Position numbers and translations under genes: made by a program. Source: Geosiphon pyriformis uo1 (Eukaryota > Fungi > Glomeromycota). Taken from it: a stretch of 64,000 nt of DNA. Positions within the stretch are counted from its first letter, which is position 1. Each line of letters starts with the position of its first letter. Shown here in pieces: positions 25,300 through 40,199 of the stretch. The notes beneath the pieces are model-generated. The model did no database searches, had not been told where the DNA came from, and saw only the letters and a program-made list of their open reading frames with translations. The stretch is taken from assembly GCA_016748015.1 (NCBI GenBank), contig JAAOMT010000366.1, positions 4,334 through 68,333 on the forward strand. Direction: 5' to 3'.

Positions 25300-28200
25300 T
25301 TGATATAAAATTATTTTATTATAAGCTCCAATAAATACATGGTCTAAAGTATAAAAAAATACTTTGAAGATAAATTGGCTTATTAAAGATTTATTAGCTT
25401 CTATTAACAGCAGAATTAATAGCAAAACAGCATTAAAAACATCAAAAAAAGGATAAAAATTCTTTAATAATACTGTATAGATTAATAATTTTAAAGAATA
25501 ATAATAATATGTTATTATTCAGATTTTTAACATAAAAAGTGAATTAAGTAATAAAAATAGTAGTATTTTTTAGTTAATAGTAATTATAACATAAATAATA
25601 AAAATAAAAACTATTTCAATTTTGTAATAAATACTTTCAGAGCAAAAAAAATCAATATTTATGTATTAAATAGTCTTTTTTTTGGTTTTTTGAACTTTAA
25701 TAATATAAATAAAGACACAAAAACTCTTTTTTTTCTATTTTTTTAATATTAATGTAAATGTTTTTGTTAAAAATTATTTACTTTAAACATTAATTTTTTG
25801 GCTGTTAATAAAAAATTTTTTCAGAAAAAATTAAAATTATTAAGAAAATTATTTTTAATATAATAATTTTAAAAGATTTTTATCTTTTCAAAATTTAGTA
25901 AAATTATTTATGCAATTTTTATATCTAAAAAGTTATAATAAAAGTATTAATTTTGGTAGATAAAAGTAATATTATAATAAATACTAATCATAGGATATCA
26001 ATAAACAATTATACAATTTAAACTGTAATCATAAAAAAATTTTTGTGAAATTATCTATTAAAATTATGTGTACTTTATTAATTAAGTTTAATAATATTAA
26101 GTCAATTAAAATATAATTAATAAAGCTATAACAGAAAGCTTTGATTGGATTTAAAAATATTAAACAAATTAATTAATTAATATTTAAATAATTTGTTTTT
26201 ATTGAAAAAAATATAATGTAAATAATAAAGGCCAATATAAATAAATTATTTAAAAATATTAAAAATACTAATAAAAATTTGGTTTATATTTTGTTAATAA
26301 AAATAACTAATTATAATTTGTAAGATTTTATTGTTTTAATTAAAAAAAAAATTTGCTATATTAATTATATTTTTATATTAAATATACTATTATTTGTTTT
26401 TAATTTAATAATAATTTCATAATATTATTAATTAAGTTTCCAATTATTAAAAGTATTTATTTGAATTAAATTTGAATAAATTCTTTTTTGTGCTTTTTAT
26501 GTAAAAAAATTGGTTATATTTTTTTAGTATACAATTAATTTAAAGTATTAGTTTTAAGATTTAAATTTTTTAAACTCTAATAAATTTAGATTTATAAATA
26601 TTTATGCTAAAAAATGAGTTTTAATTATTCAGTCAACTTTTTTAACAAAAAGTTTTAGATTCAAGTTGTTAATAATAATTAATTTACTATCTTCTAAAAT
26701 TTTTTTTAAGTAGTTTATTTATAACTAATACTAAATTTTTTTTTCTTTATATTAATTTTTCTGTAAAAATTTGTTTAAATAAGTTAAAACACTTATTAAA
26801 ACTTCTAACTAATTAAATGTCTACAATTTTTTGCAAGTTAGAATTTTTATTAATTTGGTTTTTTTGAGTTTTAAAAACAGCTAAATTTTTTTTAGTCTTA
26901 ATAATCTTAATATAATTTTAAATAGATTGATATTATTTTTTCTAATTTAACTTAATATTATAAATAATTGTTTGTTTTTAAATATTAATATTTCAAAAGT
27001 TTTTACAATTAAAATTGGCAATTTAAAAACATATATGTTGATTTTAAAAAATTTTATTAATTTAGTTTTGACAAGATTAAACTTTTTTTTTTGGTTTTAG
27101 TTTTTAATTTTTTTTCTTATTCAATAATTTATTTAATTTAGAAAATACAATATACAATATAAAAACATAAATGTTTTGTAAAACAAAATATAAATATATT
27201 TCTAAAATTTTGGAAATTTTGAATAAATCAAACTGTTTTTTTAAAACAATTTTTAGCTATAATTTTAAATCTATATGTAAACTTTTTTTATTATAAAATT
27301 AAATCAAATTTTTAGTATTCTGGTTTATTTGTAATTTAAAATTTAAATCTGTTTAACTTTTTATTGATTGTTTTATCATAAAATGCTTATGTGAAATAAT
27401 TTTAGAAATGTAAAAAAACTATAAACTTTATTTTTATTAGTAAATTTTTGTTAATTAAAATAGTTAATCAAAAATGTTTATAATATTTCTGAATTTTTTA
27501 ATATTTATTAATTTATATACTTTTTTAAATACTTTTTTTAATATAATATACAAACAAACTAATTAAGATTAATAAAAATATAAAATTAAAAATGCTAATA
27601 TTGTCAAATAAAAATGATTTAAGTATATGTTTCTGTTTAAAACAACAGATATAATTGAGATTTTTAATGAATTTAGAACAAATAATAATTTAAATATTAT
27701 ATAAAATCTTCTTAAAAGTGTTATATATTTATTAATTAATACAGTTTTGTCTTAATTTTGGTATAATAAATTTGAATATTTTTAAAACAAACTATTATTT
27801 AAGTATTATAATTTAAAATTTTTAATAAATAAACTTATTAAGACTTAAAAAATTTAAATTTTAACTAATTTTTACTATTATAAAAATTTTTAAAAAGTAA
27901 AAAAACATCTTAATTCTAGTTAGTAATGTTTAATAATATATTTTTAACCAACATTTTTTTGCTTTGTTTAAAATTACAAAAAAGTATAAAATATCTAAAT
28001 ATTATAAATTTAATATATTCAAAATAACAAATATTAATTCAATTATTAAAAAACAAATAAAAATTTTTATTATAAATAAAGTTTACATGATTAATAATAT
28101 ATTAGAATGGCTTTTAAGAAAAATTGTTTTAGATTATCTAATTGTAAAAGTAATATGATTTTTAAATGAAATCAAATAAAATTAAATATAAATAGTATCA

Positions 28201-28780
28201 TAAAAAGTTGGTTTAAAAAACAAATAATGTTAATTGATATTTTTTTTATTAATATATTTAATAATATAAATTATAAATTATGATTAAAAATCTACTGAAT
28301 AATAAAATTATTAATTTATTAAAAATCTCTAATAAACTTTAAAAACATTATAATAAATTTATATTAAAATTTTAATTGAATTTATTTAATTATTATCTAA
28401 TTATTAAATCTGTTTTTGATTTTAAAAAAATTTAAATGTTAATAATTTTCAAGTTTTATAAGTTAAATAGTATTTTTTATTAATATTTAACTAATTATTT
28501 TAATTAAAGTAATGAGAAAATATTGTTAAAAATAATATTTAATCAGATCTTATATGTATATAATAAGTTTGATATTTTTTAAGATAACAATTTTTTGGTA
28601 TTAAAAAGTATTTTTATTTAAACTTCTGTTTTTATAATAAATTTAATTATAAAAAACACTTTAAAAAAATTTTAAAATATAATTAGTTTTATAAATATGT
28701 ACAAAGTATACAATTTTGTAAATTGGCATTATTTAAAAAACAGTTCATTAAAAATAAAAATATATAAAGTTTTTGTATAC
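25300..28780 (+). mobile_element. Hypermutated LINE (ORF1, endonuclease, start of RT), 3'-truncated
   Basis: SIKI*LIKL*QKALI (about 26100-26145) and ILEWLLRKIVLDYLIV (about 28100-28145) match the minus-strand copy at 59-64 kb. NI*LIILIK (NTRPIAL-like, about 28482) and NMYKVYNFVNW (DxxKAYDSVxW-like, about 28694) are RT motif relics. Confidence 0.75.
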
Positions 28781-29020
28781 ATAATAGGTATTGCTTTGCT
28801 AAAGAGATAAATATAAGATTGTTTTAAAGCCAAATATTTTATTGATTAATAAAATCATATATAGTTCAAGAAATAGTTTCCATAACAACTATTTAATTTA
28901 AATTTTATTTTACTTTATGATTTTCATATTTGGATTTGAATTTATATACTCAAAAATATGATAATTTAACAAAGCAAAAGGCATCTATTTAATTAAATTA
29001 CATTGCTTATCCCAAAAAAA

Positions 29021-30318
29021 TCAATAATGGGATCTTATCATCATGTATCCAAAATAAGGTCCGAAATGGTCATTACCTTCATTAGTCGTAACTATTCGAC
29101 CGTCTTTTTTTCTGCGTTTATTACGACTTTTATTACAATCCTTGCAGATGTAAAAAAATTAAGAACGCATTAAATTTTAAAAATAGCGTTTAACACTGGA
29201 AAAGTTCTAAATTTCCTCACCGGATGTTCATTTAATGTTCCGACCTCAAAACATTTATAAACAGACGGAAACTTTATTGGTGGTTCTAAGTCAGAGGTTT
29301 TTGTGAAAAGAGGTGAGCATTCACATTGATCTTGAAATGGAATCCAGTATTCGCCACTCAATTGAAAATAGTCAATTGCTTTTCCATCAAAATTATAACC
29401 AAGTTTTGGAACACTTGGGGTAAAATCATCTCGGTACGTGACACGATAAAGCGTAATTTTAGTTGCTACAAATTCGACAAATTTCATATTTCCCATTTTT
29501 GGCTGGCCGAATGTGACAACTGTTGGTTTAACTGCATATTCAGAAGCAAATTCTAATGCTGCGTACACTGCTATTACTAAAAAATTTCATAATTTAAAAT
29601 ATGCATATGCAACAATATTCAATATTATAAATACAACTTACTACCCGCTCGCCCAAAACCAGTGAATGCAAAGTAATTCTTTTTAACATGAAAGTGAGGT
29701 TTTGATTTCAAGTATCTCATCTTGGTCCAAAATTTTTTTCTACCCTTTAACCATACATTAAAATGACTTTTATCTACTAAGGCCTCTTCTATTCTAGGAT
29801 AAGGAATCGAAATCGATTTTATCCTTTGCCAATGAATGTATCCCCTTTCTTTAGATTTGAAAGTCCATATTATTTGTTGATACGCTCCTGTGGTTGGCTT
29901 TAAACTTTCTGGCATTCCCACTGAAATTTAAAATTATCAAATTTGAATCGAAGCATTTTCAAATTTTCAAAATAAAATTTATTATTTTACCAAAAAAGCG
30001 GTCCCTTAGGCGATCGCTCTCATCTCCAAGAAGTGAAGCCTGTCTTGCATAGTAAGCATTATTAGCTAGCATCCCGAGGAGCTTTTGATCATCTACTAAA
30101 ACTTTTTGAAAGTTGGAATCTTCACCAATTTTGGATCTTTTTTGCTCTTTGGTAATGTTTAAGAAATCCTTTTTTAAGGGGCTGAGGTTTACATCTTTGA
30201 TTGGAAGATACTCGCGAAAGTTCTCTTCTCCTTTTGTATAAATTTCTGCTATGGAAACTATCACCATGTGAAATAGCTTCAAAATGAGTAACCAACAAAA
30301 GCTTGAAAGAATTTTCAT
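29021..30318 (-). CDS. Secreted class-3 lipase-like protein A, catalytic Ser replaced by Gly (360 aa, 4 exons)
   Basis: Exons 30318-29991, 29920-29642, 29576-29221 and 29140-29021 join in frame (1083 nt). Hydrophobic N-terminus; FTGFGRAG-IIAVYAALE; TFGQPKMGN; RVTYRDDFTP; DHFGPYFG. Confidence 0.9.
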
Positions 30319-31974
30319 TTTAAAACATGAATAAAAATTACTTCTTGGATATTGAACTTATCACTGTATTCTGGCTTCGATGATCTATTCCCCTATATGG
30401 TTTTAAATTCCCAAACGAAAATACACGTAATCTTTAGAATTGTCGACGATCGATTTGTCCTGATAAACAAAAAGAGAATCAAAGATAAGCACAGAGTAAC
30501 ATTGGGAACTTAGTATATCTTAAGCATTTAAAAAACCAATGCTTAAACTTTCAGGTGCCAGATTTACTTTCATTGTTCAGTTTTTATTTTTACCTAACGA
30601 GACAAATAAATATTCTCGAATCATTACACATTCTTCGTCGGTTATAATTTTACCAGCTTAGGTTTCACTGAGTAGATATGAGTATTTCGAAGCAAAAAAT
30701 GCTTACCAGTGTAACCCATATATTATTGAAATATCTGAACTTGTATATTTTTGAAAATTTCATCCCCTTCCCAAGCAGGCCAATACTTAAATTCATATAG
30801 ACAGCTTTGCTGTATTCGGCCACATGTGGTCGATATATAATAAAAATTTCTATTTAACTCAATCAGCCTATATGTTATTTTTGAATTCTTAAACAAACGA
30901 TATCAACTGGCCTTCAAGGAATATGGCTTAAATCCTTTAAAAATATCGACTTGGTTCTTTTACCATAGCCAGTTTTGTACACTAAATTTTGGATTAACAG
31001 GAGTTCATTCAGGATGCACTGAAAAAGTGAAAAAACGAGAGATTTCGCCAAATGAAGTCTAAATAAAGAGGTCTCTATCCACTATAGTAGACAGTAATAA
31101 CTGTTGCCATAGCAATAAATGTAAATTAAACGGCTTTGATAAATATATAAAATAGCTAATAGATAGAAAACCAATATGTTGTAGATTTTCAAATATTTTT
31201 ACAAAATATATGAATTTTGAATATAATACAAAGGCTTAGAAATTTTTTTAAAGTATTTCGTTCTTTTATTAAATTTGGTTTGAAAGTGAATTTGACATGT
31301 CAAAATTTCGTAGAGAAAAATTTTACCGAAAAACAGTATTTCCTTGATCAAATATATAATGCTTATAAACATTTACAAACTGTGTTCGACGTCAATTTCC
31401 AAGATATAACAATTAATAATGAGCGAGCTTTTGGTCTTAAATTTTATCATCTCGTTTCAACTTGATAAAGAATCATAAAAGCAAACAATTTATTTTGTTT
31501 TTCTACATTCTGAAATTACTTCATTTATTTCAATTTTGAAAATTCTTAAAAGATTTTCCTCATATTCAGAATAGGTTTTAGATTTTTTATATACTATTGT
31601 CGGAAAGCCGCATAAGTAAGCTTAAATTATTCAATATCCTCATTAAGTATCCATGAGATATGCTTATATATCAGAGTGTGCTTTTAACAAATTAGCTAAA
31701 AATGTACATCCATTATCTTAAAAATCTCTAGCTTGATTTTAACTGTTATCTATCTTCATCCCATTAATATATTCAACAGTGTGAAAATTTCTCCAATAAA
31801 TGGTTGTTTAAATATAAAGAAATTCAGATTTTTCTATTCAGCGAGAGAGAAAATTCGGAATCTAAAAGCAAATTTCAAGAAATAAAAAAACTTGGCCTAA
31901 TTATGAATCAAGTAAATGAAAAAGCACTCTAAAGGAAGATTAAGAAGTCAATTGACTTTAGCTTCAATATTATC

Positions 31975-32230
31975 TATCGGAAAACCAGTGCATGAAAGTA
32001 GTTTTTAGCAACATGAAATTCAGATTTTATTATAAGTAATCCATCTTATTCAAAAAAGGGCTTTCAGCCATTAACCATATCATCTACTATGAAAATTCAC
32101 ACTATCAGAATCCAATATATGTTTATCAAGTCTGATATCACTACTAAAAGCATTTGGGTACCCGATTCTTGTGTCTACAAATTTTACTAATAATTTGTTT
32201 GTTGACAAGATGTTCCTAATTGGATCTTTA
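31975..32230 (-). pseudogene. Lipase exon-2 remnant
   Basis: Broken frames give IWLMAESPFLNKMDYL-IKSEFHVAKNYF-CTGF, compared with paralog WLKGRKKFWTKMRYLKSKPHFHVKKNYFAFTGF. Confidence 0.6.
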
Positions 32231-32559
32231 CCTATTAAGGTGTTTTTACTTCCTCTAATGAATCACTTTAAGTTTTATTTCGGACCCCGGGATTCTTATT
32301 AGAGATGGATCGTAATATATCACTAATGCTAAGCAATGCCCGAGAAAACTTCCCCGAGTGCCATTTTCATCTCTATTCATTATAGTCTTACAATTTCGGC
32401 ATTTATATATCTCAGATCATCTGATGTTTTGGGTGTTTCCACACCAACTGCAAAAAATAAAATAAAATAACAAAGCTAATAATAATTTATGTTTAATAAT
32501 TATAGAAATATTTGATTTAATTCATTTATTTAATTTGATTTATTATAATAATACAATCA

Positions 32560-33260
32560 TTAATTTTTAAGAATTATATAAAACTAAATAATAATAATAA
32601 ATTAAAAAATTATGACATGTTTTTATCTCTTTCAACTCATGTCTAATTCTGGTAGTTTTTCTGAATGCCTGAACTAAAGCCTGAGTTTCAATAATTCCCC
32701 AAAGCCTATAAATAGAAGGAGTTCTAATGAACACAAGACTAATAGCTCTAATTGAAACAGCTAGAAAACTGCTATCTAAAGATTTTAGTGAATCACATTT
32801 CTGATGTTTGTGAGTAAGAGAGAGTTCTAAGAGAAGACAATTATTCAGCGCTAAGAGGTATTTTTACACAAATGCCTATCTTGGTGGTTGGATTGATTGT
32901 AGAAAAAGTTGAAAAAGAGTAAAAAATTGTAGATGGTATTGTAGAACATGTAGAAAGCTTAAATTCAGTCAGTTGGCAGTATTTTGAAAAAGATTTGAAG
33001 AGAGATAAGAATGTATAATAGGAAAACAATTTTTTTAAGGATATTTATCATCATAGGAAAAATAAAATAAAGATCAATTTTGGTCTAACTGAAAAATATC
33101 AAGTATTGAATGAACTTAACAAAATTTAATTTTTTTTCTCTGCTGTGGCACATTAACTGCTAAGTGAAGTAAAAATATAAAGCTTCTTATGGGATATAAG
33201 TTAGAATCTAAAATATTAGCAAACAAACAAATTAATGTAAAAGAGCACTTTTTTTTATAT
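32560..33260 (+). mobile_element. LINE reverse-transcriptase fragment
   Basis: KA*VSIIP-AYK*KGVLMNTRLIALIETARKLLSK (32680-32780), NSVSW, and YQVLNELNK...FSLLW (GxxQG..SPLLW-like, about 33100-33150). Confidence 0.75.
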
Positions 33261-33299
33261 TAACTATTGAAGCTTTGTAGATATATTTAGTTCGATATA

Positions 33300-35650
33300 T
33301 TACGTTTGTTTTTTAATTGTTCAATATATATTACACCAATTTTTCTAAAGCTTTAACAGATTGAAATATTTTACTTTATTCAAAACATTTAAGATTAATA
33401 TATAAGCTTCATACTTAAAAAAATATAAATTAATATTGTTTATGTTGATTTCTGGTTTATTTACTATTATATCTGTTAAATAACAATTAGTAAGATTTAT
33501 TTTATTTTAACCAATATTAGAAACATATTTTTAGATTTTATTTTATAATATGTAAATTCATAAATCTGTGTTCGAACATATTTTTCAATAAATTATTATT
33601 ACCAATTTGTATTTTGATCAAATTTAAAATTATTAATATTATAAAGTATTAAAAAATTAATTCTCTTGTAAGAAAAATTTTTAAGTTGATTTGCTTTAAG
33701 CTTTAAACTTTTTCTAATTACAATATTTAATTTTGAGCAAATTTTATTATTTATAAAGCTAATTTGAATTTAATAACTAATTATAATAAACCATATTGCT
33801 AAAAAATTTAATATCTAATGCTATTTTTTTATGATTTGAGTTGCTTAAATCTTTTGTAATTAACATAATATTCAAACAATAGCGAAATCTTTTAGGCTTA
33901 ATAATATTAATTCTCAAATTATTAATACTCAAACTGAGATTATACTATTTTATCATTGTTAATTAAAATAATATTAATTAAGAATAATTGGCTTGTTAAA
34001 TTTAAAATATATTGCATCATAATATAATTACTTTCTATTCAAATTATGTATATTTAAAAAGTAAAAAAGATTTTGTTTTCAAATGATTTAAACTATATTT
34101 TGAATATTTAATAGCTAATAATACTAATAAAAATAGCTGCTTTTGTTGTGATATTTGAATATTTAAACAATGTGAATAATTTATTTTAAGATATTGCTAT
34201 ATTAAAAAAAAAACAAAGATTTTTATTAATAATACTGTTAAAAATCTTGGTTGTAAATCTGTTGAAAACTACTGTTTTTTAACATTATAAACACTAGTGT
34301 TAACATAAAAATTCGTAAAGTTTTATTATTAACTCTGACTGAACTTACAATTATTACATTAACCATAATATACATTTTTTAAAAAAAAGAATGTAATATA
34401 TATGCAAATTAGAATTGCAAAAAACAAATCTGATTTATGCAATAAATAAATTGGATTATACAGATTTTTTATTTAAACAAATATATTACATAATATATTT
34501 AAAAGTTTTTACATTAACTTTATAATGTTTGAAAATATTAAATAATTTGTTTAGCCCATATATAAAACTGGTTGGATTCAATAAAAAATAAAATACATTA
34601 ATAAATATTTGGATAAAAATTGGTCAATAAAATAAATTGAAACAAAACTTTTTTAATTTGACATCTTAGCAAACACATAAAATTTGATACAATTAATATA
34701 AAACAATTAGTCTGCATACTTATATTATAAAAACAATACATAGTAAGTTATCAATAATTAAATATAAAATACAAAATATTTGTATCAAATGTAGAAAGAT
34801 GAAATTATTTGATTATATTTTAAATATATAATTTAATACAAAAATATGAATGAATATTTTTCTAAACTTGTAATCTGTTTTGAATTTTTGCTTAGTAAAT
34901 TCAGAGTTTTTCAATAAACACTATAAATTGGCTTTTTAAAATTTACACAATTTTAACAAAAAAATTAGTTTTTAAAAGTTGGTACCATAATACATTAAAA
35001 ATATTTAAATACATTAAAGTGGCTGCTATTAAAGTAGCAAAATTTGCCTGTTTAATTTTATTAGTTTTTAGAAAAAATATATAAATACTAAATGTAAAGA
35101 CAAAAGCAGATTATAAGAATATTGTTATAATTTAGACTTTATGTTTAGTTTTAGAAATTATCTATTATTTATATCAGCAACTCTACTTTTAGAATTAGTT
35201 ATTAATATAATCATTGATTTGATTATTAACTTGATTATTAACTCAATTATTAGATTGATTATTGATTTGATTATTCACTTAATCAATTGTTCTTTTTAGA
35301 AAATACATAAACAAGACTCTTCATACCTGTAAAAAAGTATTAGCTCTGACAATAATTATTTTAGACACAATTAATTCTTTCAATACAATAGTTTGAATTT
35401 CCTCTTATACTTTTTGATTTGAAGGATAACAATTCTTTTTATTTTTTTTTGTGCTAGCTTTTTTATGAAGTATGATTGAATAAATGATTACTGAAAAGTA
35501 CAAAAGATATCTATTATTGAATTCTAAAAATGCCTTCTGAAGCATAAAATTATCTCAGTGCATCATTTTTTGTTGACAATATAGACTATCTCTATCTTCA
35601 AATTCCTTTGAAAAGATTAGTGACTGAAATTCTTATGAGACTGATCTCAC
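33300..35650 (-). mobile_element. Hypermutated repeat tract, possibly LTR/gag-derived
   Basis: CpG-poor, very AT-rich; weak NQ-FIYGL gag-like relic (about 34550-34575); 12-bp ttgattattaac repeats at 35210-35285; sharp TG-start boundary on the minus strand at 35650. Confidence 0.3.
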
Positions 35651-36113
35651 ATATTTAATTCATATATATTTAATTCACTCACTGCTAAGCATTTTTGCTT
35701 TGAAATACTTATATCTATTCACTGAAAATTAAGCTGATAAAATTGGAACCGACGAAGAATTTGTAATGCTTCAATAATATTTATCATGATTCGAGAATAT
35801 TTATTTATCTCGTTAGGTAAAAATAAAAACTTATCAATGAAGGTTTTTCATATTTTAAGCATTGGTTTTTAAATGCTAAAGGTATACTAAGTCCCCAAAT
35901 TTTATTCTGTGCTTATCTTGGTTTGTCAGGAAAAATCGATGGTCGACGATTAAAAAGATTACGTGTATTTTCATTTGGAAAATTTAACATCTGACGAAAA
36001 TATTTTGCTATTTTGATTAATAGACCTAAACTATATAAGGGAATAGATTATCGATGTTAGGTAACAGTAATAAGTTCAATATCCAAGAAAGTCATTTTTA
36101 TTCATGTTTCAAA

Positions 36114-37415
36114 ATGAAAATTCTTTCAAGTTTTTGGTGGTTGCTCATTTTGAAGCCTTTTTACATGGTGATAGTTTCCATAGCAGAAATTGATACAAAA
36201 CGAGAAGCGAACTTTCGCGAGTATCTTCCAATCAAATATGTAAACCTCAGCCCCTCCAAAAAGGATTTCTTAAACATTACCAAACGGTAAAAAAGATCCA
36301 ATATTGATGCAGACTTCAACTTTCAAAAAGTTTTAGTAGGTGATCAAGGGCTCCTCGGGATGCTAGCTAATAATGCTTACTACGCAAGACAGGCTGCATG
36401 TCTTGGAGATGAGAGCGAGCGCCTATCGACGCGCTTTTTTAGTAAAATAACAAATTTTATTTCGAAAATTTGAAAATGCATCAATATTTATATTTGGATA
36501 ATTTAAAATTTCAGTGGGAATGCCAGAAAGTTTAAATCCAACCACAGGAGCGTATCAACAAATAATATGGACTTTCAAATCTATTGAAAGGGGATACAAT
36601 CATTGGAAAATGGAAAAATCGACCTTAATTGCTTATCCTAGAATAGAAGAGGCTTTGGTAGATAAAAGTCATTTTAATACATGGTAAAAGGGTAGAAAAT
36701 TTTTTTGGGTCAAGATGAGATACCTGAAATTAATACCTGACTTCCATATTATTAAAAACTATTTTACATTCACTGGTTTTGGGCGAGCGGGTAGTAAGTT
36801 GTATTTATAATATTGAATATTGTTGCATATGCATGTTTTAAATTGTGAAATTTTTTAGTAATAGCGGTATGCGCAGCATTAGAAATTGCTTCTGAATATG
36901 CAGTTAAACCAACAGTTGTCACATTCGGCCAGCCAAAAATGGGAAATATGAAATTTGCCCAATTTGTGGCAACTAAAATAACGCTTTATCGTGTCACGTA
37001 CCGAGATGATTTTACCCCAAGTGTTCCAAAATTTGGTTATAATTTTGATGGAAAAGCAATTGAATATTTTCAATTTAGTAGTGAATATTGGATTCCATTT
37101 CAAGATCAATGTGAATGCTCACCTCTTTTCACAAAAACCTCTGACTTAGGACCACCAATAAAGTTTCCGTCTGTTTATAATGTTTTGAGGTTGGAACATT
37201 AAATGAACATCCGGTGAGGAAATTTAGAACTTTTCCAGTGTTAAACGCTATTTTTAAAATTTAATGCGTTCTTAAATTTTTTTTATATCTGCAAGGATTG
37301 TAATAAAAATCGTAATAAACGCAGAAAAAAAGACGGTCGAATAGTTACGACTAATGAGGGTAATGATCATTTCGGACCTTATTTTGGATATATGATAGGA
37401 ATATGCCCCTCATAA
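36114..37415 (+). pseudogene. Lipase-like B: inverted duplicate of gene A, disrupted
   Basis: Colinear with A including introns and about 400 bp of upstream sequence. Stops at 36288-90 (CAA>TAA) and 36685-87 (TTA>TAA), and a 1-nt deletion near 37178. Has GFGRAG. Confidence 0.92.
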
Positions 37416-40199
37416 CCATTTGATATTTAAGATTATTAGAAAGCTATTATTAATGCAATATACAGTATTTTGTAAGAAGCATCTCAAAATCTTAAAACCT
37501 CAATTTTCTAATTTATTCAGGATAAAAATATGGTCTTAAGATAAACATTGATTCTGTATATCTTTTATTTTGATAAGAAAACATTGTAGAATGCTTTCTA
37601 TAGTATCTCTCATTTTGAGAAAGATTTTTTGGCATTGGAATATATTATTGAATTTTTGAGATAAGCAATGTAATTTAATTAACTAGATGCCTTTTGCTTT
37701 ATTTTTAGTTTCAACTTTGGTAAATTTTCACATTTTCAAGTTCCAGCTTTGGGAATCTTTTACAACATTAATTTTGTTAATTATTAATTTTTTCATTTTT
37801 AAAGATATTTTTCGAAGAACAATATTTAATTTAAAAATATAATTTAATATCACAAACTCATTTATTTTTTTTATAAAAATTTTTAAGAACTGATTCTAAA
37901 GTTTCCCGTCAAAACAAATTACATTGAAAAAATTTAACTTGAAAGTTATATGTAAAAATTTTAAGCTTTACTAATAAATAATCTCTGGTTATTAATTTAG
38001 TAAAAAATTTAAGGCAAAGAGATTAAACTCCGAAAAACAAATATATTAAAAAAGCTTAATTATGAAAGAAATTACTAGAAATATCCTTAAAATCTCAAAA
38101 TGGATAATTCATTCGTTCCAATAAGTATATCAGCTTCAAGATATTTATACACACTTGAAACCTTGAAATTGGTCTCGTTTATGTAACTAATACGATAAAG
38201 TAAGGCATTTTATTTAATCTTAAGTCAACAATTTCATGTTTAAGTTAAAAATAATTATTAAGAACTTTTTCTTTAATGAATAAATAGATGTTTAAAACAT
38301 AAATATTTCTAAGCTAATATTATAATAAATTTTTTACATTGGAAATTCTATTAAATCTGAAAGAGATAGGTTGATATTTCATTCTTTATATAATAAATAT
38401 TTTAATTAATGATTATATTAAATATTGTTTACTAAAATTTGATTTCATTAAAGGCTAATAAAAAATGATCAGAATAATTAATTTGTTACAGTTACCATTA
38501 TCAATTTAATAATTAATAATTATAATGAACCTTATAACTTTTTAGGATAAACGAAAGATTACTATCTTATGATGTTTAGAACTACTGATCATAAATAATT
38601 CTAAAATATTTTATTACCCATAATTGTGCAATAATCAATAATGTTCAAAATTGTTTTCAGACAAGTTTCTCAATCTCTCAGGATAAAATTATATCACTGT
38701 TTCTAAATTTTACTCCATGTTTTCAAATGTTAAAAGAAAAAGGTCAAATATAATAAAAAATAACTCTTTAAATTTAGAGTTTCGATGAATGCAGTCTTAT
38801 GACATTATTACACATTAAAATTTTGATTAATTTCTTCAAGCCAGCCGAGAGGTGAAGTAACGTTTTAATTGATGAAGTCGTTGACATATTTTTCAAATTA
38901 TACAAAGAGGCTATCGCAGAAAGGAAATCTAGTGAGAGTTCTTGACCTCATGAAGCATAGCAGATTTTATTTGGGCATTTCTCTGGTGATCGCAATGAGC
39001 CTCCTGAACAGAATCCTAATTACATTTTTCATTTATGTAATCATAAATCACAAGTATATTATTTGAAATCAAAAAAAAAGAGCTGATTTAAAATGGATTG
39101 ATAGAATTAGAATTTAAATAAGTCACTTAAAATAAAATAAAATTTAATGAAATTTGTTTTTAATTTAGTTTCATTTTTGATATTTCAAAAATATTTAATT
39201 TAAAATTAATATTCATTAAAATTTTTTTAATTTGACATATTAAATAATTGACAAAATTGATTTTTGCTTAATAATTAAAAATAATAAACATACTTCAATT
39301 ATTACGTCAAAATTTAAAAAAAAACATTGGCTTTATTTAAATAAAAAAACCAAATTAAAATATCAAAAAAAATTAAAAGTGGTGGTCGCAACCTGTGGTA
39401 TCAACACGAGAGACACCATAATGACAATTAGTGATGCTTTTCCCTTTGGCCTGCTTAGTTATTTTGGAAAACGAGGGAGGTCGGGTATATTATCACACGT
39501 GAGTTATTATTTTGGGCGTCGGTTGGTAAGTAATGACGGTGGTGTAAAAGTGGTTAGTTTTGCATAGTGTTGCCTTGACGAAAGTCCGGGTGACTGTTCA
39601 CGGTTGAAAACGCATGATCCACGTTTATAGTTACTTTGTAGCTAATGTAGATAGTAGAAGGACCTCACTTAGTTAAAGCATTTTAAAATAATAACAATAA
39701 ATGATTTCCCTTTTAAGATATTTTATTTTTTAAATTTTTAAAACTTATTTCCGAAATAATAGTAAAATAAAAAGTATTATGAATTAAATATCGAGTTTAT
39801 AAACATTAATTATTTATAAACATTTAATAATTTTCATCATATTAGAAATCACATATATAAATGTCATACTTTGCCGTATTTTTATTTTTTGATAAGTTCA
39901 TATTTTATCAAGAAAAAAAATTCATAAATAAATTTTGTTCTATACTCTTTTTTAATAAAAATTTTAAATTTTTCATGATAACTTCTTGTTTTGAATATTT
40001 TATTTAAAATTTGGTGTACTATAATTCAATATTTAATTGTTATATTTTAATGATATAATTTCAATAGTTAGAAATTGAAATTTTTGAAAAGTAAAAAATT
40101 AAATGTAAGCTATGGTAATTCAAAACTTTGATTGTTTTAATTAAATTAATTTGAATAGTTATTACGACCAATTGAAAATATATTAAAAAAATATTCTGA

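Noticed and set aside
39575-39672. RNase P/MRP RNA or hammerhead ribozyme (gaaagtcc...gggacctca; tgacga...gaaa)
   Set aside because: Spacing between the putative P4 strands is too short and I could not build the required stems.
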